Positions 1 to 8,824 of a stretch of 64,000 nucleotides of DNA are shown one piece after another. Under the pieces are notes generated by a model. The model worked only from the letters and a program-made list of their open reading frames with translations. It did no database searches and was not told the origin of the DNA. Source of the stretch: an uncultured Rikenellaceae bacterium (GTDB lineage Bacteria > Bacteroidota > Bacteroidia > Bacteroidales > Rikenellaceae); assembly GCA_964371385.1 (NCBI GenBank), contig CAYJLY010000001.1, forward strand, positions 8,488 through 72,487, read 5' to 3'. Every line of letters starts with the position of its first letter. The stretch's first letter is position 1. A program made the position numbers and the translations under genes.

Positions 1-1827
1 AAATCTCGCCTGGGGTTGGTGCTTGATGGCGATAGCCTGAGTTCTGGCTTTGAGATCACAGCTAGCAAGCACACCTCAGTGGACAAGCAGTGGAGTATGC
101 CTTGGGGTCAGAATAAACAAATCCTAGACAAGCATAATTCGCTTACTCTCGAACTGCTCCACAGTGCAACTGGTCGCAAACTTGGCGTTGAGTTTAGAGC
201 CTTCGATGATGCTGCAGCTCTGCGCTACACTATTGAGGGAGCAGGCGATAGTGTGATTGTCAATGATGAGCTCACCGAGATTCAAATCAAGGGAAAGCCC
301 GAGGTGTGGTGGAGTTATGCAGATTTCAACACCTACGAGAAAACTTTTATGCACACCCCGCTGGATAGTGTGAGTTGGATGGCTACCCCATCAATTATGC
401 GCACAGCTAACAGCCTTCACCTAGCCTTTGGCGAAGCGGCAGTGATCGACTTCCCCGATATGACACTTAAAAACCAAGGCGATGGACTTTTCAAAGTTGA
501 GCTAACACCTCTACGCAATGGTAATAAAGCTGTTGTAAAAACGCCTTTCACAAGCCCCTGGCGCACCATTAACATCGCTCCAAAAGCTGGTGATATTTTG
601 ATGGCCAATACGGCCCTAAACCTATCGCCCGAATCAAGAATCAAGGATACGGAGAATTTCAAACCTATGACCTACATAGGGGTGTGGTGGGATTTCCACC
701 TTGGGACTAAGGAGTGGAAGGAGGGGCCTCGCCAAGGGGCTACCACAGCGAGCGCAAAACGTTATATTGATTTTGCAGCCGCCCACAACATTGGTGGCGT
801 AGTTGTCGAGGGATGGAACACGGGTTGGAACACGTGGGGCACTCGCAATGATTTTGATTATGTGACTCCTGCACAGAACTATAACCTACGCGAAGTTGCT
901 GCCTATGCAAAAGAAAAAGGCGTTCGCCTGATTATGCACCACGAAACGGGAGCAGATGTCACTCGCTATGAGAGCATGATGGACTCGGCTTTCAAGCTAT
1001 GTCGCGAGCTAGGTATTACAGATATTAAAACTGGCCACGCAGGTATGGTCTCTATCGACCAGCACCACCACTCTCAACCAATGGTTGAACACTTTGAGCG
1101 TATTGCACAAAAGGCAGGCGAATATGGTATTGCTCTGAATATGCACGAGCCAATCAAAGCTAGTGGCTTGGAGCGCACCTATCCAAACTTGATGACTCGT
1201 GAGGGAGTGCGTGGTATGGAATGGGAGGCGTGGAGCGATGGTAACCCACCCTCACACACAGTTATTATCCCATTCACTCGCGGACTTTCAGGTCCAACCG
1301 ACTACACTCCAGGGGTTTTTGATATTCTCTATGAAGGTACTAAGGGGCAGCGAAAGGCATGGAATTCACTCACCGAAAATCTCCACAAATATCGCGTTCA
1401 CTCTACTCTAGCCCATCAACTTTCGCTGATGATTACTATCTACTCGCCTTGGGTGATGGCTTCGGATAGAATTGAATCGTATGAAAATCACCCTGCATTT
1501 AGTTTTGTTGAAAGCTTAAATCCTGATTTTGACGAGAGTCAAGTCTTGGATGCTGTGGTTGGTGAATATTTGATTACTGCTCGCCGCACGGGTGATGTAT
1601 GGTATGTGGGCGCAAGCAACAACGAGGAGGCTCGCACGGTGAAAATACCATTCAGCTTCCTTGGCAAAGGAGAAACTGCAAAAGCCACAATCTACAAAGA
1701 TGGTGATAAGGCCGACTGGCTCACCAATCCAACAGACTACGCAATCGAGACAGTGGACGTAAATTCTGACACTGTGCTAGATGTAAAACTTGCTTCGGGC
1801 GGCGGAGCGGCTATAGTGATTAAATAA
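1..1827 (+). CDS. Glycoside hydrolase family 97 alpha-glucosidase (SusB-like), 5' end cut by the window edge
   Basis: Frame 1 is open from base 1, and the TTG at 16 is only the first start-like codon. GH97-type motifs are present: GVWWDFH, VVEGWNTGW, HHETG and MHEPIKASGLERTYPNLMTREGVRGMEWEAW. About 60-80 N-terminal residues appear to be missing. Confidence 0.85.
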   Translation, partial: KSRLGLVLDGDSLSSGFEITASKHTSVDKQWSMPWGQNKQILDKHNSLTLELLHSATGRKLGVEFRAFDDAAALRYTIEGAGDSVIVNDELTEIQIKGKPEVWWSYADFNTYEKTFMHTPLDSVSWMATPSIMRTANSLHLAFGEAAVIDFPDMTLKNQGDGLFKVELTPLRNGNKAVVKTPFTSPWRTINIAPKAGDILMANTALNLSPESRIKDTENFKPMTYIGVWWDFHLGTKEWKEGPRQGATTASAKRYIDFAAAHNIGGVVVEGWNTGWNTWGTRNDFDYVTPAQNYNLREVAAYAKEKGVRLIMHHETGADVTRYESMMDSAFKLCRELGITDIKTGHAGMVSIDQHHHSQPMVEHFERIAQKAGEYGIALNMHEPIKASGLERTYPNLMTREGVRGMEWEAWSDGNPPSHTVIIPFTRGLSGPTDYTPGVFDILYEGTKGQRKAWNSLTENLHKYRVHSTLAHQLSLMITIYSPWVMASDRIESYENHPAFSFVESLNPDFDESQVLDAVVGEYLITARRTGDVWYVGASNNEEARTVKIPFSFLGKGETAKATIYKDGDKADWLTNPTDYAIETVDVNSDTVLDVKLASGGGAAIVIK

Positions 1828-1842
1828 TTTACTACTAGAAAC

Positions 1843-2742
1843 ATGTTTGCTGACAAACACCTAGCGAGCTTTCGCGAGTACCTACTTTTGGAGCGAGGGC
1901 TCTCGAAAAATACTCGGATTGCCTATATGAGTGACTTGGAGTTGTTGTGTGAGTATATCACTACGGAGCAACCTCAGATCTGCTGCATTGAGCAAATCAC
2001 GCAGGCTCATATCCAGGAGTTTATCAAAGAGAAGATGGCAGATCGTAGCCCGTCATCACAAGCTCGCATGCTCAGTAGTTTGAAGAGTTTTTTTGATCAC
2101 CTGATGATGTGCGAACAAATATCGCAAAGTCCCACAGCGCTGATTGAGTCACCCCACATTAATCGCAAACTGCCAGATTCGCTATCAGTGGACGAGATAA
2201 AAAGAATGATGTCCTCGGTGGATATGAGTCAAAAATTCGGGCACCGCAATCGTGCCATCCTCGAGGTGCTCTATGGCAGTGGACTCAGAGTGAGCGAACT
2301 TACAACCCTCACTGTGGGCGATGTGCTCTTTGACGGGGAAATACTGCGAGTGGTGGGTAAAGGCTCGAAAGAACGCCTTGTGCCTATTTCCAAGAAAGCC
2401 CTGCATCAGGTGAGACTGTATTTGGATGCTCGGGCTCAGCAACTGGGAGAGAGCGGCAAAAGTGCGATGGCACTGTTTTTGAACAACCGTTGCGCAGCAA
2501 TCTCGAGAGTGATGGTATTCAATATCATCAAAAAAGCAGCAACCGATGCAGGGATAGCCAAAAGTGTATCGCCCCACACCCTGCGCCACAGTTTTGCTAG
2601 TCACCTACTACAAGCAGGGGCAGGAATCAGGGCAATCCAACAAATGCTCGGGCATGCAGATATTTCTACTACCGAAATCTACACTCATCTCGAGAGCCAA
2701 CAAAAGAGAGAGGCGGTCGAAAAATTGGTAATAAAAAAGTAA
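1843..2742 (+). CDS. xerD: Tyrosine site-specific recombinase XerD
   Basis: 299 aa. It has an N-terminal SAM-like core-binding domain and the catalytic pattern GLRVSEL ... HTLRHSFASHLL ... LGHADISTTEIYTHL (R, HxxR, Y). Confidence 0.85.
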   Translation: MFADKHLASFREYLLLERGLSKNTRIAYMSDLELLCEYITTEQPQICCIEQITQAHIQEFIKEKMADRSPSSQARMLSSLKSFFDHLMMCEQISQSPTALIESPHINRKLPDSLSVDEIKRMMSSVDMSQKFGHRNRAILEVLYGSGLRVSELTTLTVGDVLFDGEILRVVGKGSKERLVPISKKALHQVRLYLDARAQQLGESGKSAMALFLNNRCAAISRVMVFNIIKKAATDAGIAKSVSPHTLRHSFASHLLQAGAGIRAIQQMLGHADISTTEIYTHLESQQKREAVEKLVIKK

Positions 2743-2746
2743 TCGA

Positions 2747-2784
2747 GATAGGGTGATTTTCAAAAAAATCATCCTATCTTTGTT
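2747..2784 (+). terminator. Rho-independent terminator after xerD
   Basis: 12-bp stem gatagggtgatt / aatcatcctatc with one G-U pair, followed by tttgtt. The 3' arm overlaps the galE -7 box. Confidence 0.6.
2775..2782 (+). promoter_or_regulatory. Bacteroidetes sigma-A -7 box (TAnnTTTG) for galE
   Basis: tatctttg ends 37 nt before the galE ATG. Confidence 0.45.
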
Positions 2785-2819
2785 AATGCAAAATAAACCC
2801 AGTAAAAACACATAAAACT

Positions 2820-3848
2820 ATGTCAAAGAAAAGAGTACTAGTTGCAGGAGGAGCAGGATATATTGGCTCGCACACCACTGTCGAGCTAATCAACGCAGGC
2901 TACGAAGTAGTTGTAGCAGACAACCTATCAAACTCTGAGCTTTCAGCTCTCGAGGGTGTCGAGAAAATCATCGGAGTGAAACTTCCATTCTATCAAATCG
3001 ATTGCTGCGATATGACCGCTATGCGTGAGCTGTTCAGCAAAGAAAAGATAGATGCCATCATCCATTTTGCAGCATTTAAGGCTGTGGGTGAATCGGTTGG
3101 TAAGCCTCTTGAATACTACCGCAATAACCTTGACTCGCTGATGGGAGTAATGGAGATGATGAAAGAATTTTCGGTTAAGAATCTTGTTTTCTCCTCTTCG
3201 TGTACTGTCTATGGCCAGCCTGATGTGCTACCCGTGACCGAGGCTACCCCTCGTCAGGATGCTGAATCACCCTATGGCAATACGAAAAAGATGTCCGAAG
3301 ATATTATCCAAGACACCGCCAATGCAAACCCTGAGTTTGGCACCATCGCTCTGCGTTATTTCAACCCAGTAGGGGCTCACTCTTCAGCTCTTATTGGCGA
3401 ACTTCCCAAAGGTGTACCTGCCAACCTAGTGCCTTTTATTACCCAAACTGCCGCAGGTCTTCGCAAAGAGCTTTCGGTCTTTGGCGATGACTACGACACC
3501 CCCGATGGTTCGGCTGTTCGTGACTATATCCACGTTGTGGATCTTGCCAAAGCACACGTAGCGGCAGTAGATCGCCTTGTGGGTAAGAAGCAAAAGACTA
3601 ACTACGAGATTTTCAACGTGGGCACAGGCCGTGGCGTTGGAGTTTTGGAATTGGTTAATACCTTTATCAAGGTCACAGGCGTTGATTTACCCTATAAGAT
3701 CGTTGGCCGTCGTGCTGGCGATATCGAGAAAATTTGGGCGGAAACCACCTATGCCAACACTGAACTAGGTTGGAGCGCAACCCAAACCCTCGAGGAAACC
3801 CTCGCCTCGGCTTGGGCATGGGAAAAGAAAGTTAGGAATATTGAGTAG
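2820..3848 (+). CDS. galE: UDP-glucose 4-epimerase
   Basis: 342 aa with the Rossmann motif GGAGYIGSH, the SSSCTVYG serine and the catalytic YGNTKK (YxxxK) motif. Confidence 0.9.
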   Translation: MSKKRVLVAGGAGYIGSHTTVELINAGYEVVVADNLSNSELSALEGVEKIIGVKLPFYQIDCCDMTAMRELFSKEKIDAIIHFAAFKAVGESVGKPLEYYRNNLDSLMGVMEMMKEFSVKNLVFSSSCTVYGQPDVLPVTEATPRQDAESPYGNTKKMSEDIIQDTANANPEFGTIALRYFNPVGAHSSALIGELPKGVPANLVPFITQTAAGLRKELSVFGDDYDTPDGSAVRDYIHVVDLAKAHVAAVDRLVGKKQKTNYEIFNVGTGRGVGVLELVNTFIKVTGVDLPYKIVGRRAGDIEKIWAETTYANTELGWSATQTLEETLASAWAWEKKVRNIE

Positions 3849-3877
3849 TATCAATTATAGCCATTTATTAAAAGAAA

Positions 3878-3907
3878 GACAGCATCCATCCAAGGTGCTG
3901 TCTTTTT
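3878..3907. terminator. Bidirectional rho-independent terminator (galE on +, probably cls on -)
   Basis: Stem gacagca / tgctgtc plus one G-U pair, with ttttt downstream on + and a U-rich tract on the - strand as well (complement of aaaagaaa). Confidence 0.6.
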
Positions 3908-4052
3908 GGTTTATTTCGATGTAAGGCGGATTCTATTAATCGACACTATTCATATCAAAATATGCTTCAGGGTCATCTAGTTTTAGAGGTAAATAATCTG
4001 GATTAAAAGCAGATAACTAGCAAAGAATTGCTATGTACAACGATACTTAGCC

Positions 4053-4126
4053 GTGCGTACCGCACCCCAACGGGGAGCACGGCTTTGCCCATCAGGGCAG
4101 CCTTAATACTCCCCTGCGGCACGCAC
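4053..4126 (-). ncRNA. Unclassified GC-rich structured element, a candidate cls 3'-UTR structure or small RNA
   Basis: A 74-nt rod of three nested helices. P1 is 4053-4063/4116-4126 (11 bp), P2 is 4072-4077/4109-4114 (6 bp) and P3 is 4081-4090/4095-4102 (8 bp with a 2-nt bulge). The only imperfect P1 position is A-C on + but G-U on -, which favours minus-strand transcription. The CCCC at 4065-4068 can alternatively pair with GGGG at 4072-4075. Confidence 0.3.
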
Positions 4127-4153
4127 TAAACCATAGAACTACATAAATAAACC

Positions 4154-5605
4154 CTACAACAGCGGGCTAAAAAGTCGTGCGAAGCCCTCTTTGAAGGTGT
4201 CTTTGTGCTTGCGGTTTTCCCAATCATGCAATCGCAGGTGCTGACACTCGGACAAATCTGCGATGAATTGACGTTCAAGTTGAGATGTAATTTCACGATT
4301 ATAGATCATGGCGGTTATTTCAAAATTGTCGTCAAAGCTGCGCTCGTCCATATTCACCGATCCCACGCTCGAAAAATCGCCATCAATCGAAATAGTCTTA
4401 CTGTGATTGAAGCCCGTACGGAAAAGATAAATCTTCACGTTAGCCTCCAACAGCTCGGTGATATAGCTACGTGAGGCCCAATGCACCAATTTAGAATCTG
4501 AGCGCTCTGGCATCATAATCCTCACATCGACCCCACTGAGAGCAGATGCCTTGAGCGCTGCCAATACAGGGCGGTTGGGTATCAAATAGGGAGTAGATAT
4601 GTAGATATGATCCTTGGCTTTGGATATTTCGCTAAAGAAACACTGCATAATGGATGCCCAATCCGAGTCGGGACCCGAGGTTGCTATCTGTAAAGATACA
4701 TCGCCTACAAAGCCGTCTCGATGAATCAAATAGCGTTCGGCATGGTTAAACAGATTCTCTTTCGAGGCGAAAAACCAGTCGGTCATAAAGGTGGTTTGGA
4801 GCATACGCACTGCCCCACCCTCTATTCGTAGATGGGTATCGCGCCAACGTCCCAAGCGGTTACCAACTATATAACGATCGGCAATATTCAATCCGCCCGT
4901 ATAGCCAATTTTCCCATCAATAACAATAATTTTGCGGTGGTTGCGATAGTTCACACGACTGGAAAGCCACGGAAAAACCACGGGCATAAAACAGTGTGCC
5001 TTGACCCCCGCTTTTCGCAGGCGATTAATAAAACCTCGCTTGAGACTCCAACTCCCCACATCGTCATACAAAAAACGTACTTCGACCCCCTCACGAGCCT
5101 TCTCCATAAGAATTTCGGCTATTTCATTGCCAATATTATCGCGCTCGAAGATATAGTATTCAAGATGGATAGAATTTTCGGCAGCTCGCAGAGCAGGAAT
5201 AATAGAGGAGAAAGTCTGCTCACCACCATTGAGCACTTGGGCTGAGTTACCACGCGTGAGCAAAGATTTTGAATTGTTCAGCAGTAGTCGTACAGTCGAA
5301 ATATGCGCCTGCACCTCTGGGCATTCGCTCTGAATATTTTGCAGCTGGCGCGTTTGGCGTTTAGAATAGTTGTCTATATGACGAAGGTCACTTATTTCCT
5401 TGCGGTTGAATATCTTACGGCGGCGATAGTTCTGACCAAAGAGCACAAAAAACAGCAACCCCGCAACTGGCAACAATACCACTACTGTTATCCAAGCAAC
5501 AGATTTCACAGGGTCACGCCTATCGCTCAACAGCGTAAGCACCACCACCACCACCATAATCAAATACAGTAGCAGTACCACATATACTACATAATCAGTT
5601 AACAT
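4154..5605 (-). CDS. cls: Cardiolipin synthase (phospholipase D superfamily)
   Basis: 483 aa with two N-terminal TM helices and two HKD motifs: HRKIIVIDGKIGYTGGLN and NHSKTISIDGDFSSVGSVN. Confidence 0.9.
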   Translation of the reverse strand: MLTDYVVYVVLLLYLIMVVVVVLTLLSDRRDPVKSVAWITVVVLLPVAGLLFFVLFGQNYRRRKIFNRKEISDLRHIDNYSKRQTRQLQNIQSECPEVQAHISTVRLLLNNSKSLLTRGNSAQVLNGGEQTFSSIIPALRAAENSIHLEYYIFERDNIGNEIAEILMEKAREGVEVRFLYDDVGSWSLKRGFINRLRKAGVKAHCFMPVVFPWLSSRVNYRNHRKIIVIDGKIGYTGGLNIADRYIVGNRLGRWRDTHLRIEGGAVRMLQTTFMTDWFFASKENLFNHAERYLIHRDGFVGDVSLQIATSGPDSDWASIMQCFFSEISKAKDHIYISTPYLIPNRPVLAALKASALSGVDVRIMMPERSDSKLVHWASRSYITELLEANVKIYLFRTGFNHSKTISIDGDFSSVGSVNMDERSFDDNFEITAMIYNREITSQLERQFIADLSECQHLRLHDWENRKHKDTFKEGFARLFSPLL

Positions 5606-5690
5606 ACTCTAACAAAGATACAATTATTATTCTAAACGTCCAAATTAGTTTGGATGTTGAAATAATATTTTTTTTACGCAAAAAAAGTTA

Positions 5691-5698
5691 TAAATTTG
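5691..5698 (+). promoter_or_regulatory. Candidate -7 box for korAB
   Basis: taaatttg ends 147 nt before the korA ATG. This would give a long leader, so the assignment is weak. Confidence 0.3.
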
Positions 5699-5845
5699 TT
5701 ATTTGAAACCAAAGGGTAAGCTCTTGCGAGATGTATCCTAATTAAATTAATGTGGGAGAATAAAACAGTTTTTTCGCTAGGTAAACAGTGACAATAGATT
5801 GGTTTATAAAACTCCCCAAGTTATAAACAACTAATAAAACACAAG

Positions 5846-7675
5846 ATGATAAAAGAGAGAGATGATGTGGTGATTCGTTTTTCAGGCGACTCAGGAGATG
5901 GCATGCAACTCACTGGAACTCTGTTCTCGGATGCTTCGGCATTGATGGGAAATGGCGTATCAACTTTCCCTGATTTTCCTTCGGAGATTCGTGCCCCTCA
6001 GGGCACCATAGCGGGAGTGTCGGGCTTTCAGGTTCACATGGGCTCAAAAAAAATTATTACCCCTGGTGACTACTGCGACATGCTAGTGGCGATGAACCCT
6101 GCCGCCCTGCGCGCAAATGTTAAATGGCTAAAGCCCAGTGCAACTATCCTCATTGATAGCGATAGTTTCAACGAACGCAGCACCCAAAAAGCAGGTTTCA
6201 CCAGCGATGACCCCATAGCAGAACTATCGCTCGAAAATCATAATGTAGTTTTTGCCCCTCTAAGCACTATGACCCGCGAGGCAGTAGCCGATAGTGGCTT
6301 GGACGCCAAGGGCGCAATAAAGTGCAAGAATATGCTGGCTCTGGGGGTTTGTTTCTATCTATTTAATCGCTCGCTGGAGCACACTTTTAAGTATTTGGAG
6401 ACTAAATTTGCAAAGAAACCACAAGTTGCTCAAGCGAATAAAGATGCCCTACAAGCGGGCTACAACTACGCCGGCAATGCACATATTTTTGCTGACACCT
6501 ACAATATCAAGCCTGCCACTTTGACCAAGGGCAAGTATCGCACAATCTCGGGCAACCAAGCCACAGCGTGGGGTTTTATTGCGGCTGCCGAAAAATCAGG
6601 GCGTCCGCTATTTTGTGGCTCCTACCCCATTACCCCCGCAACTGCTATTCTAGAAGAACTAGCAAAGCGTAAGGATTTGGGAGTTAAAACCCTTCAGGCA
6701 GAAGACGAGATTGCAGGTATTTGTACTTCGATTGGAGCTGCCTATGCAGGTAATTTTGCAGTTACAACCACCTCCGGACCGGGGCTTTCGCTAAAGAGCG
6801 AGGCTATGGGCTTGGCAGTAATTACCGAACTGCCTCTGGTTATAGTGAATGTTCAACGAGGTGGACCCTCGACGGGACTTCCCACCAAGACTGAGCAGGC
6901 AGACCTATTGCAGGCGCTCTGGGGGCGCAATGGGGAGTGCCCGATGGTGGTGATGAGTGCATCAAGCCCCTCGGATTGTTTTGATGCCGCTTTTACGGCT
7001 GGAAAAATCGCTATGGAACATATGACTCCTGTGCTATTACTAACCGACGGTTTTATTGCCAACGGTTCGGAACCGTGGCTTATTCCCTCGATGGCTGCCT
7101 ATCCTCGCATCAATCCGCCGCTCATACATGAAAAACCCGAGGGAGGATACATTCCCTACAAGCGTGATAGTGAGCGTTTGGCTCGCTCATGGGCACTCCC
7201 TGGTACGGCAGGGTGTGAGCACCGCATTGGGGGGCTTGAAAAAGACTTCCTGAAGGGTTCACCCTCACACGACCCAGCCAACCACCAAAAGATGGTGAAC
7301 ATTCGCGCCGAAAAAGTTGCTCGCGTTGCAGAGTTTATCCCCTCGGCTGAGGTTCATGGAGATAGTACTGGCGATGTGCTAGTGATAGGCTGGGGAGGTA
7401 CTTTTGGTCACCTTCGCTCGTGTGTAGATCAAATGCGCGAAGAGGGAACTTCCATTTCTCACCTTCACCTAAACTTTATCAACCCACTACCTAAGGGTAT
7501 AGAGGCGATATTGGAGGGTTTCAAGAAAATCATTGTCTGCGAATTGAACATGGGGCAAATGGCAGGCTATCTGAAGCAAAACTTCCAAAAATTTGAATTC
7601 CAACAATATAACAAGGTCGAGGGATTGCCTTTCACCGTGGACGAACTTCACGAGGTTTTCACTAACTTGAAATAA
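5846..7675 (+). CDS. korA: 2-oxoglutarate:ferredoxin oxidoreductase, fused gamma/alpha subunit
   Basis: 609 aa. The N-terminal part resembles the gamma domain (IRFSGDSGDGMQLTG) and is followed by an alpha domain (GSYPITPAT, TTTSGPGLSL). The beta subunit gene follows after 33 nt. Confidence 0.85.
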   Translation: MIKERDDVVIRFSGDSGDGMQLTGTLFSDASALMGNGVSTFPDFPSEIRAPQGTIAGVSGFQVHMGSKKIITPGDYCDMLVAMNPAALRANVKWLKPSATILIDSDSFNERSTQKAGFTSDDPIAELSLENHNVVFAPLSTMTREAVADSGLDAKGAIKCKNMLALGVCFYLFNRSLEHTFKYLETKFAKKPQVAQANKDALQAGYNYAGNAHIFADTYNIKPATLTKGKYRTISGNQATAWGFIAAAEKSGRPLFCGSYPITPATAILEELAKRKDLGVKTLQAEDEIAGICTSIGAAYAGNFAVTTTSGPGLSLKSEAMGLAVITELPLVIVNVQRGGPSTGLPTKTEQADLLQALWGRNGECPMVVMSASSPSDCFDAAFTAGKIAMEHMTPVLLLTDGFIANGSEPWLIPSMAAYPRINPPLIHEKPEGGYIPYKRDSERLARSWALPGTAGCEHRIGGLEKDFLKGSPSHDPANHQKMVNIRAEKVARVAEFIPSAEVHGDSTGDVLVIGWGGTFGHLRSCVDQMREEGTSISHLHLNFINPLPKGIEAILEGFKKIIVCELNMGQMAGYLKQNFQKFEFQQYNKVEGLPFTVDELHEVFTNLK

Positions 7676-7708
7676 CATCATTATTACCTACCAAATCAGA
7701 CTAAAACA

Positions 7709-8728
7709 ATGATAAACTATACATCAGTGGACTTCAAGAGCGACCAAGAGGTTAAATGGTGCCCTGGCTGTGGCGACCACGCGATTTTGAGTTCCACTCT
7801 AAAAGCTCTTCCCGAGATTGCCCAAACCCTTAATTACTCACAACATCGCTTTGCGTTTATTAGCGGCATTGGCTGTTCGAGCCGTTTCCCTTACTATGTT
7901 AACACCTACGGTTTTCATGGCATACACGGTCGCGCAGCAGCCATCGCCACAGGTGTCAAAGTTGCCAACCCCACACTTTCTGTGTGGATGGTAACGGGTG
8001 ATGGCGATTCACTTGCAATCGGAGGTAACCACTTTATCCATGCCATCAGACGCAATGTGGATTTGAATATCATGCTCTTTAACAACCAAATCTATGGACT
8101 GACCAAGGGGCAGTACTCTCCCACTTCGCCCATAGGCACAGTGACAAAAACCTCTCCTTATGGCACCATAGAACACCCCTTCTTGGCGGGTGAATTGGTA
8201 TTGGGAGCAAGAGGTACTTTCTTTGCTCGTAGCATTGACATGGATGTTAAACTCACTCAGGAATGTTTGATAGCGTCATCGCGCCACGATGGTGCTTCGG
8301 TTACGGAGATTCTTCAGAACTGTGTGATCTTTAACAATGATTGGTACAAGAGTTTTGCGAGCCGCGATCTTCGTGCGGAAAATACCATAGTGCTACGCCA
8401 TCTCCAGCCAATGATTTTTGGCAAGGACATGGACAAGGGATTGATCTTGGAAGGCCTAAAACTCAAGGTAGTTAAAATTGGCGAGAATGGTATCACCAAG
8501 AATGATATTTTGGTACACAATGCAGGGGAGCCTAATCCTGCGATTCACATGATGCTAGTGAACATGAAAGCGCCCGAGATGCCTATTGCACTAGGTATTA
8601 TTCGCGATGTAAAAGACCATACCTACGACGATCAAGTCAGAGACCAACTCCTAGAGATCAAAATGCACTCGAAGAACCTAAATATGGACGACCTGCTAAA
8701 CTCTGGCAATACCTGGGAGGTCGAATAA
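7709..8728 (+). CDS. korB: 2-oxoglutarate:ferredoxin oxidoreductase, beta (TPP-binding) subunit
   Basis: 339 aa with WCPGCGDH and GDGDSLAIGGNH TPP-binding motifs. Confidence 0.85.
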   Translation: MINYTSVDFKSDQEVKWCPGCGDHAILSSTLKALPEIAQTLNYSQHRFAFISGIGCSSRFPYYVNTYGFHGIHGRAAAIATGVKVANPTLSVWMVTGDGDSLAIGGNHFIHAIRRNVDLNIMLFNNQIYGLTKGQYSPTSPIGTVTKTSPYGTIEHPFLAGELVLGARGTFFARSIDMDVKLTQECLIASSRHDGASVTEILQNCVIFNNDWYKSFASRDLRAENTIVLRHLQPMIFGKDMDKGLILEGLKLKVVKIGENGITKNDILVHNAGEPNPAIHMMLVNMKAPEMPIALGIIRDVKDHTYDDQVRDQLLEIKMHSKNLNMDDLLNSGNTWEVE

Positions 8729-8749
8729 ACGACACTTTATCACTAAAGA

Positions 8750-8795
8750 AAAACGAGTGGTTCTCATCCAAATTTGGATGAGAACCACTCGTTTT
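8750..8795. terminator. Bidirectional rho-independent terminator
   Basis: Perfect palindrome of about 21 bp per arm, aaaacgagtggttctcatccaaa / tttggatgagaaccactcgtttt, lying between convergent korB and the 8825-10222 gene. Confidence 0.85.
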
Positions 8796-8824
8796 ATATA
8801 TCATCTATCGAAAATAAGCCTCGA

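Noticed and set aside
1843-2742. The tyrosine recombinase as a marker of an integrated mobile element.
   Set aside because: Its size and motifs fit chromosomal XerD. It is flanked by housekeeping genes, with no tRNA target, direct repeats, excisionase or cargo genes nearby.
4053-4126. Possible tRNA. The element is 74 nt long and its ends form a 7-bp acceptor-like stem with a G-U pair.
   Set aside because: A cloverleaf cannot be drawn. The would-be D loop is 13 nt. The central hairpin has a 4-nt loop instead of a 7-nt anticodon loop. The 3' hairpin has a 3-nt loop and no T-loop consensus, and U8 is absent. It is kept only as an unclassified structured element.
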